A stretch of 64,000 nucleotides of DNA from Squalus acanthias (GCA_030390025.1 CM059432.1:10602001-10666000); one strand, 5' to 3'. Shown: positions 12,058 to 24,830, counted from the stretch's first letter. The notes: generated by a model from the sequence alone, not told the origin. Numbers and translations are program-made.

Positions 12058-13133
12058 TAGGACTGGAGAATTTTAGCTATGAGGGAAGATTGGATAGGCT
12101 GGGGTTGTTTTCCTTGGAACAGAGGAGGCTGAGGGGAGACTTAATTGAGGTGTAGAAAATTATGAGGGGCCGAGATAGAGTGGATCGGAAGGACCTATTT
12201 CCCTTAGCAGAGTGGTCAATAACCAGGGGGCACAGATTTAAAGTAATTGGAAGAAGGATTAGTGGGGAGTTGAGGAGAACTTTTTTCACCCAGAGGGTGG
12301 TGGAGGTCTGGAACTCACTGCCTGAAAGGGTGGTAGAGGCAGAAACCCTCATTGCATTTAAAAGTACTTGGATATGCCCTTGAAGTGCCGTAACCTACAG
12401 GGCTACGGACCAAGAGCTGGAAAGTGGGATTAGGCTGGATAGCTCTTTTTCGACCAGCACAGACACAGGGAATTTTACTCTAAAAGAACAGGTGGGTTTG
12501 CATCATGGGGCAGTTAAATTGTTGAAAATGGGATTCCCGACCTGAATCCACCTCCAACCCACCCACTTTAACGGAGGCGGGATGGAGTCAGGATGGGGGC
12601 GGGTGACCAACCCAATCCCAGGGGGCGGAACGTCAACTTAAATTTTATAATGAGGCTGGATGCCTCTTTTTTAACACTCCATTTTGTTTTTAACTGCATG
12701 TGGACGGGTTTCACACAATTCGTGAAACCCGGCAGTTACAGCAAGGCGGGAACTGCTGGATCCAGGAGGCAAGTGCCTTTATACCTACCTCCTGGATCCA
12801 GGGTCCCTGCCTAACCCACCCCCCGCGATCGGAGACCCTCCCCTCATGAGGCCTCCGATCGCCAGCCCCCCCCCCCAGGGCCTCCCCCTCCCCCAGCGAT
12901 GATGCTGTGGCCGGCCACGAACCTCTCTCCACATCCCCCCCCACATCCCCGCCCTGATCGTCTGCCCGTTAAAGTCGGCAGGGCCTGCAGGAAACCCAAC
13001 CTCCCGGGTTTCCCGACCGCCTCGGAGCCCCCAGCCCCCGGCCCCCAACCCGGCCTCCTCCTTAATATCCAGCCAAATGAGCCGAATGGCCTCTTCCTGT
13101 GTCCATAAATTTCTATGATTCTAGTATTCTATG
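12058..13133 (+). mobile_element. CR1 3' end, split by a MITE
   Basis: CR1 sequence stops at ...CACAGACACA (about 12467) and resumes at AATGAGCCGAATGGCCTC (about 13076), then the TTCTATGATTCT tail. Confidence 0.85.
12468..13075. mobile_element. Harbinger-type MITE
   Basis: Ends GGGAATTTT and AATATCCAGCC resemble the AAAATCCAGCCC terminus at 8604; GC-rich non-coding interior; interrupts an otherwise continuous CR1 tail. Confidence 0.65.
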
Positions 13134-13789
13134 AGTACAGTGGAAGATTAAAAAGTGCAATGGCTCTCCAATCTGATAGGATCGCTTCCTTCAGAAAGCT
13201 ATTTGAATTGTATGAGGACCACAGGATGAAATTGAAATGTTTCTGAAGGGGGGGAAAAAAATTCTTCAGTGATTGTTGCTCTGATTAAAAACCAGAATAG
13301 AAAGCTTTTAAGTTTTACAATTTGCTCTCAAGTTCTTATCTGTAGAGCGGAGATTACAAGCAGGCTAAATTGGAGCGCGGAAGATAGGATTTTCATTTTT
13401 TGTTCAACCACGGAATTTATTCCATGGAGTTCAATGGTGATAGATTACCAGAGTGCAATCAAGTGAAGAGCTTGCACCCAGCTGCCCAAACAGCATTCCG
13501 AGAGCCCAGTCCTGTTTCAATCTTACACAGCGTGTAAAAAGGTAGATAAGTAGTTGAGGCATATATTCATTTATGATTTGTGTAACAGTGTGGCTTCATC
13601 AATTTTCAAGAAGTAAATAGATTTTATCCAATATAATAAGACATGATGCATTAGTCATTTCATTATGTTTCCTACCTCACATCATTTATGTGTTATTGAC
13701 ATAGGTCGAGCACTGAAAAGTTCTCGAAATGGCAGACAATAACAAATTGCATTTGGCATTTGTGAATATAAATTGGAACGTCAAACTGA

Positions 13790-14048
13790 CTAATCACTCC
13801 ACCACTGGCGGCCGTGCTTTCAGCGGCCAGGGCCCTAAGCTCTGGAATTCCCCCTCTAAACCTCTCCAGCTCTCTCTCTCCTTCTTTAAGACGCTCCTTA
13901 AAGCCTACTCCTTTGACCAAGCCTGTCCTAATATCTCCTGATGTGGCTCGGCGTCAGGTTTTATTTGCTGACGCTCCTGTGAAGCGCCCTGGGACATTTT
14001 ACAAGGTGAAAGGCGCTGGATAAATACAAGCTGTTGTCGTTGTTGTTG
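13790..14048 (+). mobile_element. L2 LINE 3' end
   Basis: GGRAFS...PKLWNS.P motif, CTCCTGTGAAGCGCC..GGGAC 3' stem region and a (GTT)n tail. Confidence 0.8.
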
Positions 14049-14175
14049 CAGTACTTGGCATAATGTAGACCTTTATAAAGCTGGGCAACTAGTTAATATT
14101 TATTTTCAGAGTTCAGGTAGAGTCCAGGATGTGACCCATTCCAAAAGAGGGTAGAAAACCCAAGACCCTATGTAA

Positions 14176-14478
14176 CATGGCCTCGCTCCTTTCTCTCTCT
14201 GTAACCTCCTCCAGCCCTACAACCCGCCGAGATATCCGCGCTCCTCCAATTCTGGCCTCTTGAGCATCCCCAATTTTCATCTCCCCACCATTGGCGGCCG
14301 TGCCTTCTGTTGCCGAGGCCCTAAGCCATGGAATTCCCTCCTTAAACCTCTCCACCTCTCTACCTCTCTCTCCTCCTTAAAACCTACCTCTTTGATCAAG
14401 CTTTTTTTGATAACGCTCCTGTGAAGCGGCTTGGGACAGCATTGAGGGCGTTATATAAATGCCACTGTTATTGTTGGA
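14176..14478 (+). mobile_element. L2 LINE 3' end
   Basis: Colinear with 13790-14048 and the reverse complement of 59322-59975. Confidence 0.78.
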
Positions 14479-15159
14479 ACAAAGATAGTTTTGACTTATT
14501 CAGTCACTGTAGACCAGTAGTGAGGCTATAACACTAATAATAGGTCAACAGTAGCAACCAGGTAGGCACATGGCAAATGAAGTGAACATGGACAAAGGTA
14601 ATTTATCATTAAAGTCAGTTTAAAACCTGGATTTTTGGAACAATGCAAATTAAGGTGCCCAAAAAGCAGGTAACATTTACAGAAAATCAAATCAGTTTTA
14701 ATTTACAGCAACGCTAAAACTCAAACAAGCAATAGTCATGTTTCGATGAAGGTACTGCAATGAGATCCCACGGCACTACTCGAAGAAGAGCAGGGAAGTT
14801 CTCCTGGAGTCCTGGCCAACATTTATCCCTCAACCAACACGTTTTTAGGAGCATCCTCCCTGCCCGCCTCTTCTGGTGACACCTGAACAGAAGGGGGCGG
14901 GTGCAAGAAATGCCTACCCACACCTGGCAGAATATAGAACGGGCCAAAAAGGGATGGAGACAAGTGTAACAAGGTCTCATCGCAAATTCCACCACTGCCA
15001 GCCCAGATTGGACTCTTATTCCTCCTCCAAAATAGAAGAATTTTGAGGGTCCCACGTTTAAGCGGCATTGGGTACTCTGCATCTCTCAAATGAAGCCAAA
15101 GCTACAACATGTTCACTGCAGTTCAGTATCTGTAGTTTGGGGTTTGTTTAATGCGGGCG

Positions 15160-18100
15160 TTTTTTTTTAATTCGTTCCTGGGATCTGGGCGTCGCTGGCA
15201 AGGCCGGCATTTATTGCCCATCCCTAATTGCCCTTGAGAAGGTGGTGGTGAGCCGCCTTCTTGAACTGCTGCAGTCTGTGTGGGGAAGGCACTTCCACAG
15301 TGCTGTTAGGGAGGGAGTTCCAGGATTTTGACCCAGCGACGATGAAGGATCGGTGATATATTTCCAAATCAGGATGGTGTGTGACTTGGAGGGTAACTTG
15401 GAGGTGGTGGTGTTCCCATGCGCCTGCTGCCCTTGTCCTTCTAGGTGGGAGAGGTCGCGAGTTTGGGAGGGGCTGCCGAAGAAGCCTTGGCGAGTTGCTG
15501 CAGTGCATCTTGTAGATGGTACACACTGCAGCCACAGTGCACCGGTGGTGGAGGGAGTGAATGTTTAAGGTGGTGAATGGGGTGCCAATCAAGCGGACTG
15601 CTTTGTCCTGGATAGTGTCGAGCTTCTTGAGTATTGTTGGAGCTGCACTCATCCAGGCAAGTGGAGAGTATTCCATCACACTCCTGACTTGTGCCTTCTA
15701 GATGGTGGAAAGGCTTTCGGGAGTCAGGAGGTGAGACACTCACCGCAGAATACCCAGCCTCTGACCTGCTCTTGTAGCCACAGTATTTATGTGGCTGGTC
15801 CAGTTAGGTTTCTGGTCAATGGTGACCCCCCCCAGGATGTTGATGGTGGGAAATTCGGCAATGGTAATGCCGTTGAATGTCAAGGGGTGGTGGTTAGACT
15901 CTCGCTTGTTGGAGATATTCATTGCCTGGCACTTGTGTAGCGCGAATGTTACTTGCCACTTATCAACCCAAGCCTGAATGTCATCCAGGTCTTGCTGCAT
16001 TCAGGCATGCACTGCTTCATTATCTAAGGAGTTGCAAATGGAACTGAAAACTGTGCAATCATCAGCGAACATCCCCACTTCTGACCTTATGATGGACGGA
16101 AGGTCATTGATGAAGCAGCTGAAGATGGCTGGGCCTAGGACACTGCCCTGAGGAACTCCTGCAGCGATGTCCTAGGGCAGTGATATTTGACCTCCAACAA
16201 CCACAACCATCTTCCTTTGTGCTAGGCATGACTCCAGCCAGTGGAGAGTTTTCCCCCTGATTCCCATTGACTTCAATTTTACTAGGGCTGCTTGATGCCA
16301 CACTCTGTCAAATGCTGCCTTGATGTCAAGGTTGTCACTCTCACCTCACCTCTGGAATTCAGCTCTTTTGTCCATGTTTGGACCAAACTGGGCATCAGTG
16401 AGCAGGTTATTGTTGAGTAAGTGCCAAGTGACAGCACTGTCGACGACACCTTCCATCACTTTGCTGATGATTGAGAGTAGACTGATGGGGCGGTAATTGG
16501 CCAGATTGGATTTGTCCTGCTTTTTGTGGACAGGACATACCTGGGCAGTTTTCCACATTGTCGGGTAGATGCCAGTGTTGTAGCTGTACTGGAACAGCTT
16601 GGCTAGAGGTGCGGCTAGTTCTGGAGCACAAGTCTACAGCACGATAGCTGGGTTGTTGTCGGGGCCCACAGCCTTTGCTGCATCCAGTGCGCTCAGCCGT
16701 TTCTTGATATCACTGTGGAGTGAATCAAATTGGCTGAAGACTGGCTTCTGTGATGGTGGGATCTCAGGAGGAGACCGATATAGATCATCCACTCGGCACT
16801 TCTGGCTGACGATGGTTACAAATGCTTCATCCTTGTCTTTTGCACTCACGTGCTGGGCCCCGTCATCATTGAGGATGGGGATATTCATGTTGCCTCCTCC
16901 TCCCATTAGTTGTTGAATTATCCACCACCATTCATGATTGGATGCGGCAGGACTGCAGAGCTTTGATCTGATCCATTGATTGCAAGGATCGGTGCTTGGG
17001 CCCCAGCTATTCACAATCTATATCAATGATTTGGATGAGGGGACTAAATGTAACATTTCCACATTTGCTGATGACACAAAGCTAGGTGGCAGTATCAGTT
17101 GCGAAGAGGATGCGAAGAGGCTTCAAGGGGATCTCGACAGGCTTAGTGAGTGGGCGAGAACATGGCAGATGGAATATAATATGGATAAATGTGAAGTTAT
17201 CCACTTTGGTAGAAAAAACAGAAAGGCAGAGTATTTCCTAAATGGTGAAAGATTGGGAATGCAGATGCTCAAAGGGACCTGGGTGTCCTTGTACATGAGT
17301 CACTGAAAATGAATGCGCAGGTGCAGCAAGCCATTAGGAAGGCAAATGGTATGCTGGCCTTCATTACAAGAGGATTTGAGTACAGGAGTAAAGAAGTCTT
17401 ACTCCAATTATATAGGGCCTTGGTGAGACCACACCTGGAGCACTGTGTACAATTTTGGTCTCCTTACCTAAGGAAGGATATACTTGCCATAGAGGGAGTG
17501 CAACGAAGGTTCACAAGATTGATTCCTGGGATGGCGGGACTGTCGTATGAGAAGAGATTGAGTAAACTAGGCCTGTATTCTCTTGAATTCAGAAGAATGA
17601 GGGGATCTCATTGAAGCATGGGTAGATGTTGGGAGAATATTTCCCTTGGCTGGGGAGTCTAGAACCAGGGGCCACAGCCTCAGAATAAAGGGTAGGCCAT
17701 TCAGGACTGAGATGAGAAGAAATTTCTTCACACAGAGGGTGGTGAATCTTTGGAATTCCCTACCCCAGAGGGCTGTGGAGGCTCAGTCATTGGGTATATT
17801 CAAAACAGAAGTCGATAGATTCCTGACTAGTAAGGGCATCAAGGGATATGGCGATAGGGCCGGTGAATGGAGTTGAGGCAGAAGATCAGCCATGATCTCA
17901 TTGAATGGCGGAGCAGGCTCAAAGGGCCGAATGGCTTACTCCTGCTCCTATTTCTTATGTTCTTATGATTGTTGGATTGCTTCACTCTGTCTATAGCATG
18001 CTGCTCCTGCTGTTTTGCATGTGGTCCTGTGTTGCAGCTTCCCCGGGTTGGCACCTCATTTTTAGGTACGCCCAGTGCTGCTCCTGGCATGCTCTTCTAC

Positions 18101-18870
18101 ACTCCTTATTGAACCAGGGTTGGTCCCCTGGCTTGATGGTAATGGTAGAGTGAGGGATATGCCGGGCCATGAGATTACAGTGGAATACAATTCTGCTGCT
18201 GCTGATGGCCCACAGCTGCCCAGTTTTGAGCTGCTAGATCTGTTCTGAATCTATCCCCTTTAGCACGGTGGTAATGTCACACAACAGGGTGGAGGGTGTC
18301 CTCAGTGTGAAGACGGGACTTCGTCTCCACAATGACTGTGCGGTGGTCACTGCTACCAATGCTGTCATGGACAGATGCATCTGCGACAGGTAGATTGGTG
18401 AGGACGAGGTCAAGTAGGTTTTTCCTTCGTGTTGGTTCTCTCACCACCTGCCGCAGTCCTAGTCTGGCAGTTATGTTCTTCAGGACTCGGCCAGCTCGGT
18501 CACTAGTGGTGCTACCGAGCCACTCTTGGTGATGGACATTGAAGTTCCCACCCAGAGTACATTCTGTGCCCTTGGTACTCTCAGTGCTTCTTCCAAGTGG
18601 TGTTCAACATGGAGGAGTACTGATTCATCAGCTGAGGGAGGGCGGTAGGTGGTAATCAGCAGGAGGTTTCCTTGCCCATGCTTGACCTGAAGCCATGAGA
18701 CTTCATGGGGTCCGGAGTCAATGTTGAGGACTCCCAGGGCCACTCCCTCCCGACTATATACCACAGTGCCGCCAGCTGTGGTGGGTCTGTCCTGCTGGTG
18801 GGACAGGACATACCAGGGATGGTGATGTAGGAGTCTGGGACTTTGGCTGAAAGGTAACAGAGTGGGTGTT
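15160..18870 (-). mobile_element. Family-B LINE (CR1/L2 group), long degenerate copy from endonuclease to 3' end, interrupted by CR1
   Basis: APE segment (GGTVVY...TTYRPP, ORF 18480-18914), RT segments (NYRPISLLSII, ORF 16346-16558), C-terminus WNSLP...HHHLLKGN, and 3' UTR GGGATGGGCAATAAATG...CGAAT(A)n. Confidence 0.88.
16983..17965 (+). mobile_element. CR1 3' fragment inserted into the family-B LINE
   Basis: QGSVLGP...YINDL...FADD through to the 3' tail; flanked by TGATTG at 16977-16982 and 17966-17971. Confidence 0.9.
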
Positions 18871-19137
18871 GGGTCAGGTGCAATTTGCCTGACAGTGACA
18901 CAAATTCCACCCACAGCTTAAACATTTGGGGACTATCATTTTTGTGCAGAATTGGTTCTCAGCCTCTCCCAGATGAAGCCATCACTGTTGTTGTCCACGG
19001 TAGATCAATATCTGGAGTTTGGGTTTTGGGTTTCCCTTCCTTGGTCTGGACTGAGGCTGTCTGCGAGTGGCCTCTTGTTAGCTTAGACATGGCGTTATCT
19101 TCTGTCGTTCTGGGGCTGGATGCTGTCTGTCGCCTAG

Positions 19138-20085
19138 CCATTGTCTTTGGTCCCCGCCACAAACTCCGTTCCCTTGCCAACGACTCCATCCCTCTCCCTG
19201 GCAACTTTCTGAGGCTGAACCAGACCGTTCGCGACCTTGGTGTTGTATTTGACCCCGAGATGAGCTGCCGACCACGTAACCGCTTCCTCACCAAGACTGC
19301 CTGTTTCCACGTCTATATTTAGGGGTATGGTAGCATAGTGGTTATGTTACTGAATTAGTAATCCAGAGGCCTGGACTAATGATCCCGAAGACTTGAGTTC
19401 AAATCCCACCATGGCAGCTGGGGAATTTAAATTCAGTTAATTAAATAAATCTGGAATAAAAAGCTAGTATCAGTAATGGTGACCATGAAACTACCGGATT
19501 GTCGTAAAAACCCATCTGGTTCACTAATGTCCTTTAGGGAAGGAAATCTGCCGTCCTTACCCGGTCTGGCCTATATGTGACTCCAAACCCACAGCAATGT
19601 GGTTGACTCTTAACTGCCCCTCTGAAATGGCCCAGCAAGTCACTCAGTTGTACCTAAACCACTACAACAAAGCCAGCACTGTGGGAGTAACTTCACCACA
19701 CGGACTGCAGCGGTTCAAGAAGGCGGCTCACTCCCACCTTTTCAAGGGCAATTAGGGATGGGCAATAAATGTTGGCCTGGCCAGTGATGCCCATATCCAA
19801 GGAACGAATAAAAAAAATAAAAGCATCGCCTGACTCTGACCCTGCCTCAGTTGTTCTGCTGCTGAAACTCTCATCCATGCCTTTGTTACCTCTAGACTTG
19901 ACTATTCCAATGTTCTGCTGGCCGGCCTCCCATCTTCCACCCTCCTTAAACCTGAGCTCATCCAAAACTCTGTTGCCCGTATTCTAACTCACACCAAGTC
20001 CCGTTCACCCATCACCCTTGTACTCGCTGGCTCCCAGTTAAGCAACGGCTCGATTATAAAGTTCTCATCCTTGTTTTCAAAGGAT
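19138..20085 (+). mobile_element. L2 LINE fragment, split by a tRNA SINE
   Basis: LNQTVRDLGVVFDP...TKTACFH before the SINE, and ETLIHAFVTSRLDYSN-like sequence after it. Confidence 0.8.
19322..19822 (+). mobile_element. tRNA-derived SINE with a family-B LINE 3' tail
   Basis: A-box-like TAGCATAGTGG and B-box-like GAGTTCAAATCC. The last about 145 bp (CAGCACTGTGGGAG...GAACGAATAAAAAAA) match the family-B 3' ends in this window. Confidence 0.85.
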
Positions 20086-20730
20086 GGATGCCTATGCATT
20101 GGACTGGTCATGGTGGGACGGCGGGGGTGGTCCCGTGTCTCGGTCCTCCTGCTTCTCAGGGGCTGTTGTCGCAACGAGGTTTCAAGGTGGGCTGGTAGGG
20201 ATTTCCTAGGTGGAGAGAGAGGTATGTTTCTGCTTTGTAGGAAGCCTCGGGGTGTTGGAGGTTGGAGAACATCCACCATTTGAATTTGACGCTTGGTCAA
20301 GTAAGTCATTCTGTATTTGATGCTTTGGTTGTAGAGGACAAGTTTATTAATATCAAAAGGCCTTGTGTTTCTGTAGGAGTTTGGGGGACAGGTCGGCCAA
20401 AATTGAGAACTGGAACATTTGCATCCTTGACCCTCACCCGAGACATCATTTCCTTTGTCTAAAAGTTTTAGAATCATACTACACAGGACCTGGGTCATTG
20501 TAGGTCTATGGCCGTGAGGCTGCAGTTCTCAGGCCATGTTCTAATGACCCTTCTAATCCTGTTGTTCAGGTTTAGGAGGGCTATTAGAGCATGGCAATCT
20601 TTATCACACAGGCTACTGAGGCACAGACATCATTTTGAAAGTTAATTGAATAAGTATTTGTAGAGTAATAAAGAAAGGGCTTGGAAAAGCAATTAGAGTA
20701 GATAGTGCCAGTTGAAGTACTAGAAAAGGA

Positions 20731-21131
20731 ACAAAGAAAGACTTGCATTTATATAGCGCCTTTCACGACCACAGGACGTCCCAAAGCATTTTACAGCCAA
20801 TGAAGTGCAGTCGCTGTTGTAATTTGCGCACAGCAAGCTCCCACAAGCAGCAATGTGATAATGACCTGCTCATCTGTTTTAGTGATGTTGATCGAGGGAT
20901 AAATATTGGCCCCAGGACACCGGGGATAACAGCCCCCTGCTCTTCTTCGAAAGAGTGCCATCTTTTACATCCACTGAAAAACTGCACCGCCGACAGTGCA
21001 GCACTCCCTCAGTACCGCACTGCGAGCGTCAGCCTAGATTTTTGTGCTCAAGTCTTTATGGAGTGGGACTGTGAACCCACGACCTTCTGACGCCCAGGTG
21101 AGAGTGCTACCCACTGAGCCACGGCTGACAC
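20731..21131 (-). mobile_element. SacSINE1-like DeuSINE with internal deletions
   Basis: tRNA head (minus strand GTGGCTCAGTGGGTAGC...GGGTTCACAGTCCC), Deu-domain segments and a TTTC tail. Confidence 0.85.
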
Positions 21132-21999
21132 AGTAGCATGGGCACAGGTGCAGTGGGTCTAATGGCTTCCTTCAGTGCTGTAATTTCCATGCCCCCCGCT
21201 ACAATTGTCATGGGTGAAGTAAGACGATAAAAACTTATTAGATTCAATTGTTATGTGCTGCTTGATTAAATAAGAACACACATTGCACTTTAAGAGTAAT
21301 TCATTATGGGCAACAAAGCAATCTCTTCATGGACAGATATACCACTCTGTATACATTGTGGGATCTTCCATAGGTTCAGTACAATGTACAACATAACTTG
21401 ATATTTACAAACAATAAACCATACTTAAGACATTGTCTGAGCTCCTAAGGTCCTCATTACAGGCACGCACACACAATCTGAAGCGAGCACACTACATTTG
21501 TCAATTTGTGAATGATAGCCACGGAACAAACATGATGTAGTGATGTCAAAATGTATCATCCAGGTTGAAAATTTGTTTCAGTGTACCATGTTTTTCTGGA
21601 CAAAGATTCTGTTTCATTGTTTTTCTGACTAAACTCAAATGACCACAAAACGTCCCAGCTTAAGTGGAAATGTAAATGACAAAAGCAGGTGACAGTTTCT
21701 ATATCAAACTTAATTGGACAAAGAACTAGACCAAATTTGTAATCTCTGGTATTTGCAAACTAAACATTTAAGACTATTTGAAAGGGCAATACATATTAAA
21801 CTCCATTTAGCTTAAACAAATCTTGATTTGAGAACCGTTCAACTGTGAACATTTGTTTTTAACAAAGTGAGTACAAAGTCTGATGTACTAATCTTGGGGA
21901 TTTAATGAACGTTTTCATCATCTCTCTTTACACATGAAAGGCTTCAGTTCCAGAGGTATCATTAAACTGAAAATCCCAATTATTTTTCCTCCCCTCCTC

Positions 22000-22410
22000 A
22001 TGTTTTTTTTTCCCTCTGATTGTCTTCCCTTTGATCTCTTCCTCTCCTGAAGTGGGCAATTTATGCTGCACCAGTGTTCCCTCTGCCGCAGTTCTACCTC
22101 CAACAAGTGGCCGTTCCTGGCTTGCGATCCTGGATGATGAATGTCAGTAGGTTATTCAAACCATGGCAAATCATCAGCGAGCGCCAAGCCCGGTGCTGTC
22201 CTCACCTCGTGCCCGTGCGTACGGACTTTCAGCACCAGGGGCTGCCTCGCGATGCATCCCTCTCCCCAGCCCAGAGAGCAATTGCAGCACTCTCGATATG
22301 TTCCCAGTTGAAGCCGGCTAGACCATCAAACACTGGAGCTAAAATCTGAGACCTTCTTGGCCTTAGTGTCCAGTGCTCCACCAAGCAATGTATCTACACA
22401 CCAGGGGACA
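22000..22410 (-). mobile_element. Possible ancient tRNA-head SINE, family unassigned
   Basis: Degenerate resemblance to the reverse complement of a tRNA-SINE layout; not repeated elsewhere in the window. Confidence 0.3.
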
Positions 22411-22579
22411 GTTTGGTACAATTATACAAAACTGTCACATTTGTCTCAAATTTTCATTAATTAATTTCATATTGTCACAGCTTTTCAGAATTCTACAAAT
22501 CCTATGTAAGTTTTAATCAAACAATACACTCAGGTATATTTTCTATTAGCCAGATGCTGCCTTTTAAACAAGTGACACT

Positions 22580-22830
22580 TTTTTTAAAATTTGTTTTCAT
22601 GGGATGTGGGCGTCGCTGGCAAGGCCGGCATTTATTGCCCATCCCTAGTTGCCTCTCAGAAGGTGGTGGTGAGCCGCCTTCTTGAACCGCTGCAGTCCGT
22701 GTGGTGAAGGTACTTCCCACAGTGCTGTTAGGGAGGGAGTTCCAGGATTTTGACCCAGCGACGATGAAGGATCGGCGATATACTTCTAAATCAGGATGGT
22801 GTGTGACTTGGAGGGGAACTTGGAGGGGAA
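22580..22830 (-). mobile_element. Family-B LINE 3' end
   Basis: Near-identical to the 3' ends at 15160 and 10463. Confidence 0.85.
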
Positions 22831-23111
22831 CACTGATTCTGCCCACTGGAAGTTTCAGTGAATGAAACAAAATGATAAAATTAAATCAGACATTTACACC
22901 CTTGATGTTCAAACTTATCTAAAAGGGTGTGGCTTTGCTCTAGCAGGGGTATTCCAAAATGTTGTGCTCTTTGTTTAGCATCTGATCTTACTAATGTCCT
23001 CGCCTGCTTTTGCGGTTGTTAAACCATCTTATTATCATGACTGGTCTTCTGGACATTCTCTCCGCCTCCATGGAAACATGTAGCTTATTGAAGAAAATAA
23101 GCCTTTGATTT

Positions 23112-23520
23112 CATAGAATCATAGAAGCATACAGCACAGAAGGAGGTCATTCGGCCCATCGTGCCTGTGCCGGCTCTTTGAAAGAGCGATCCAATTAGTC
23201 CCACTCCCCCCGTTCTTTCCCCCTAGCCCTGCAAATTTTTCCCCTTCAAGTATTTATCCAATTCCCTTTTGAAAGTTACTATTTTATTTGCTTGCACCGC
23301 CCTTTCAGGCAGCGCATTCCAGATCGTAACAACTCCTCATCTCCCCTCTGGTTCTTTTGCCAATTACCTTCAATCTGTGTCCTCTGGTTACCGACCCTCC
23401 TGCCAGTGGAAACAGTTTCTCCCCATTAACTCTATCAAAACCCCTCATAGTTTGAACATCTTTATTAAATCTCCCCTTAACCTTCTCTGCTTTAAGGAGA
23501 ACAATCCCAGATTCTCTTCC
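23112..23520 (-). mobile_element. CR1 3' end, about 245 bp downstream of the MC5R stop
   Basis: CATAGAATCATAGAA tail on the plus strand; KLFPLAGGSVTRGHRLKV. Confidence 0.87.
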
Positions 23521-23764
23521 CTCTTCCCTTAATCCATGGGGTACTCCAATGTTTAACAAAAATGTTCCTTCGATGAGGTGAAAGGAATCTCAGAGCCACT
23601 TACAAAGTTTTAGCAGCTGTCAACCGAAGTTCATACAGGTATTGGAAAGAATTTTTGTTTGATCATGAAGTTAAGCTAATATCTGTTTGACTGTCAGATC
23701 TTAATCGTTCATTTTTAGCCATGGTGGGCGGGTTGAATGTCAGCTGTCTTCCCTACTTGCTGTC

Positions 23765-24739
23765 TTATTTGCCAGAAAGTCCACAAGCTGCCCTTAAGCT
23801 GTAGCAGCAAATTATCTCCTTGAATGTCTTCCACATTTCTTGACTGCGGAAGGCATAGATGAGCGGGTCAATGATTGAGTTACACATGATGAGAATCAGG
23901 TACAAGTTGAAGTGCGACATGAAACACACACAGTACAGATTTCCAGGACAGGAGATCATGAGGATGAGGTGCAGGAAAAATGGAGCCCAGCAGACGATGA
24001 AAATACCAAGCAGGATTGTTAAGGTGATCGCACCCTTCATGCTCGCTCTCTGATGAATTGAGTTGTAGCTGGACAAAGCAGCAATTCGCTTGGCGTGGGA
24101 CCGAGCCAGCAAAAACATGTGGCTGTAGAGAGAGGCCATGAGGACCAACATAATGAAGAACATGGCGATGAGACAGATGATGACAGTTGGACTTTCAGAG
24201 TAGATGATGAAAATGATGCCGCAGCCGATACAGAACGTCCAGATACCTGCAATGATAAAAGTGGCTCGTTTTACAGTCATGATGTGGTGGTAGCGTAAAG
24301 CATAAAATATGGTGACGTACCTATCGACAGCTATGGCCAAGAGGCTACACATGGATGCCACAACAGAGATGCAGATCATCGAGTCAAACACATTGTCCAC
24401 CTGTTTGACAAAACTGTCTTCAACAATCAAATGCCTACTGTTGAGTAAGGCTATCACGATGGTCTCCCATGCATTAGACGCACTTACCAGCATGTCTGCA
24501 ACAGCTAGGCTGCAGACAAAAAAATACATCGGAGAGTGGAGGTTCTTGTTTTTGATAATTGCAGTAATGACCAGAATATTTTCCAGCAGACTCATAATAC
24601 CCAGAGTCAGAAACACCTCAACTGCTATACTGACTTGTTCGCATAAACCAGAAGTGCTCTTCGTCCTGTTTGTTATATCATTGGCAGGGGTTAGGTTCTT
24701 CGGCCATGGCTCATGTGACTGTAGGCCTGTTAAATTCAT
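23765..24739 (-). CDS. MC5R: Melanocortin 5 receptor (class A GPCR), intronless CDS, 324 aa
   Basis: MNLTG start at 24739; seven hydrophobic segments. Melanocortin motifs [46 protein letters not shown] and [16 protein letters not shown]-glycosylation sequons N2, N15 and N24. IAVEVF/FRSQEM and the adjacent RNMT favour MC5R over MC3R/MC4R. Confidence 0.93.
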   Translation of the reverse strand: MNLTGLQSHEPWPKNLTPANDITNRTKSTSGLCEQVSIAVEVFLTLGIMSLLENILVITAIIKNKNLHSPMYFFVCSLAVADMLVSASNAWETIVIALLNSRHLIVEDSFVKQVDNVFDSMICISVVASMCSLLAIAVDRYVTIFYALRYHHIMTVKRATFIIAGIWTFCIGCGIIFIIYSESPTVIICLIAMFFIMLVLMASLYSHMFLLARSHAKRIAALSSYNSIHQRASMKGAITLTILLGIFIVCWAPFFLHLILMISCPGNLYCVCFMSHFNLYLILIMCNSIIDPLIYAFRSQEMWKTFKEIICCYSLRAACGLSGK

Positions 24740-24830
24740 GTTTAACACTTGCACATCAAGGGAGGAACAGTCCTCTGCTGTTTTCAACGTGAAATGCTCA
24801 TTGAGAAAGGTGCATGTTCCATATCTAATA

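Noticed and set aside
19322..19420. tRNA gene
   Set aside because: A/B boxes are present, but the sequence continues into a SINE body and I could not build a full cloverleaf.
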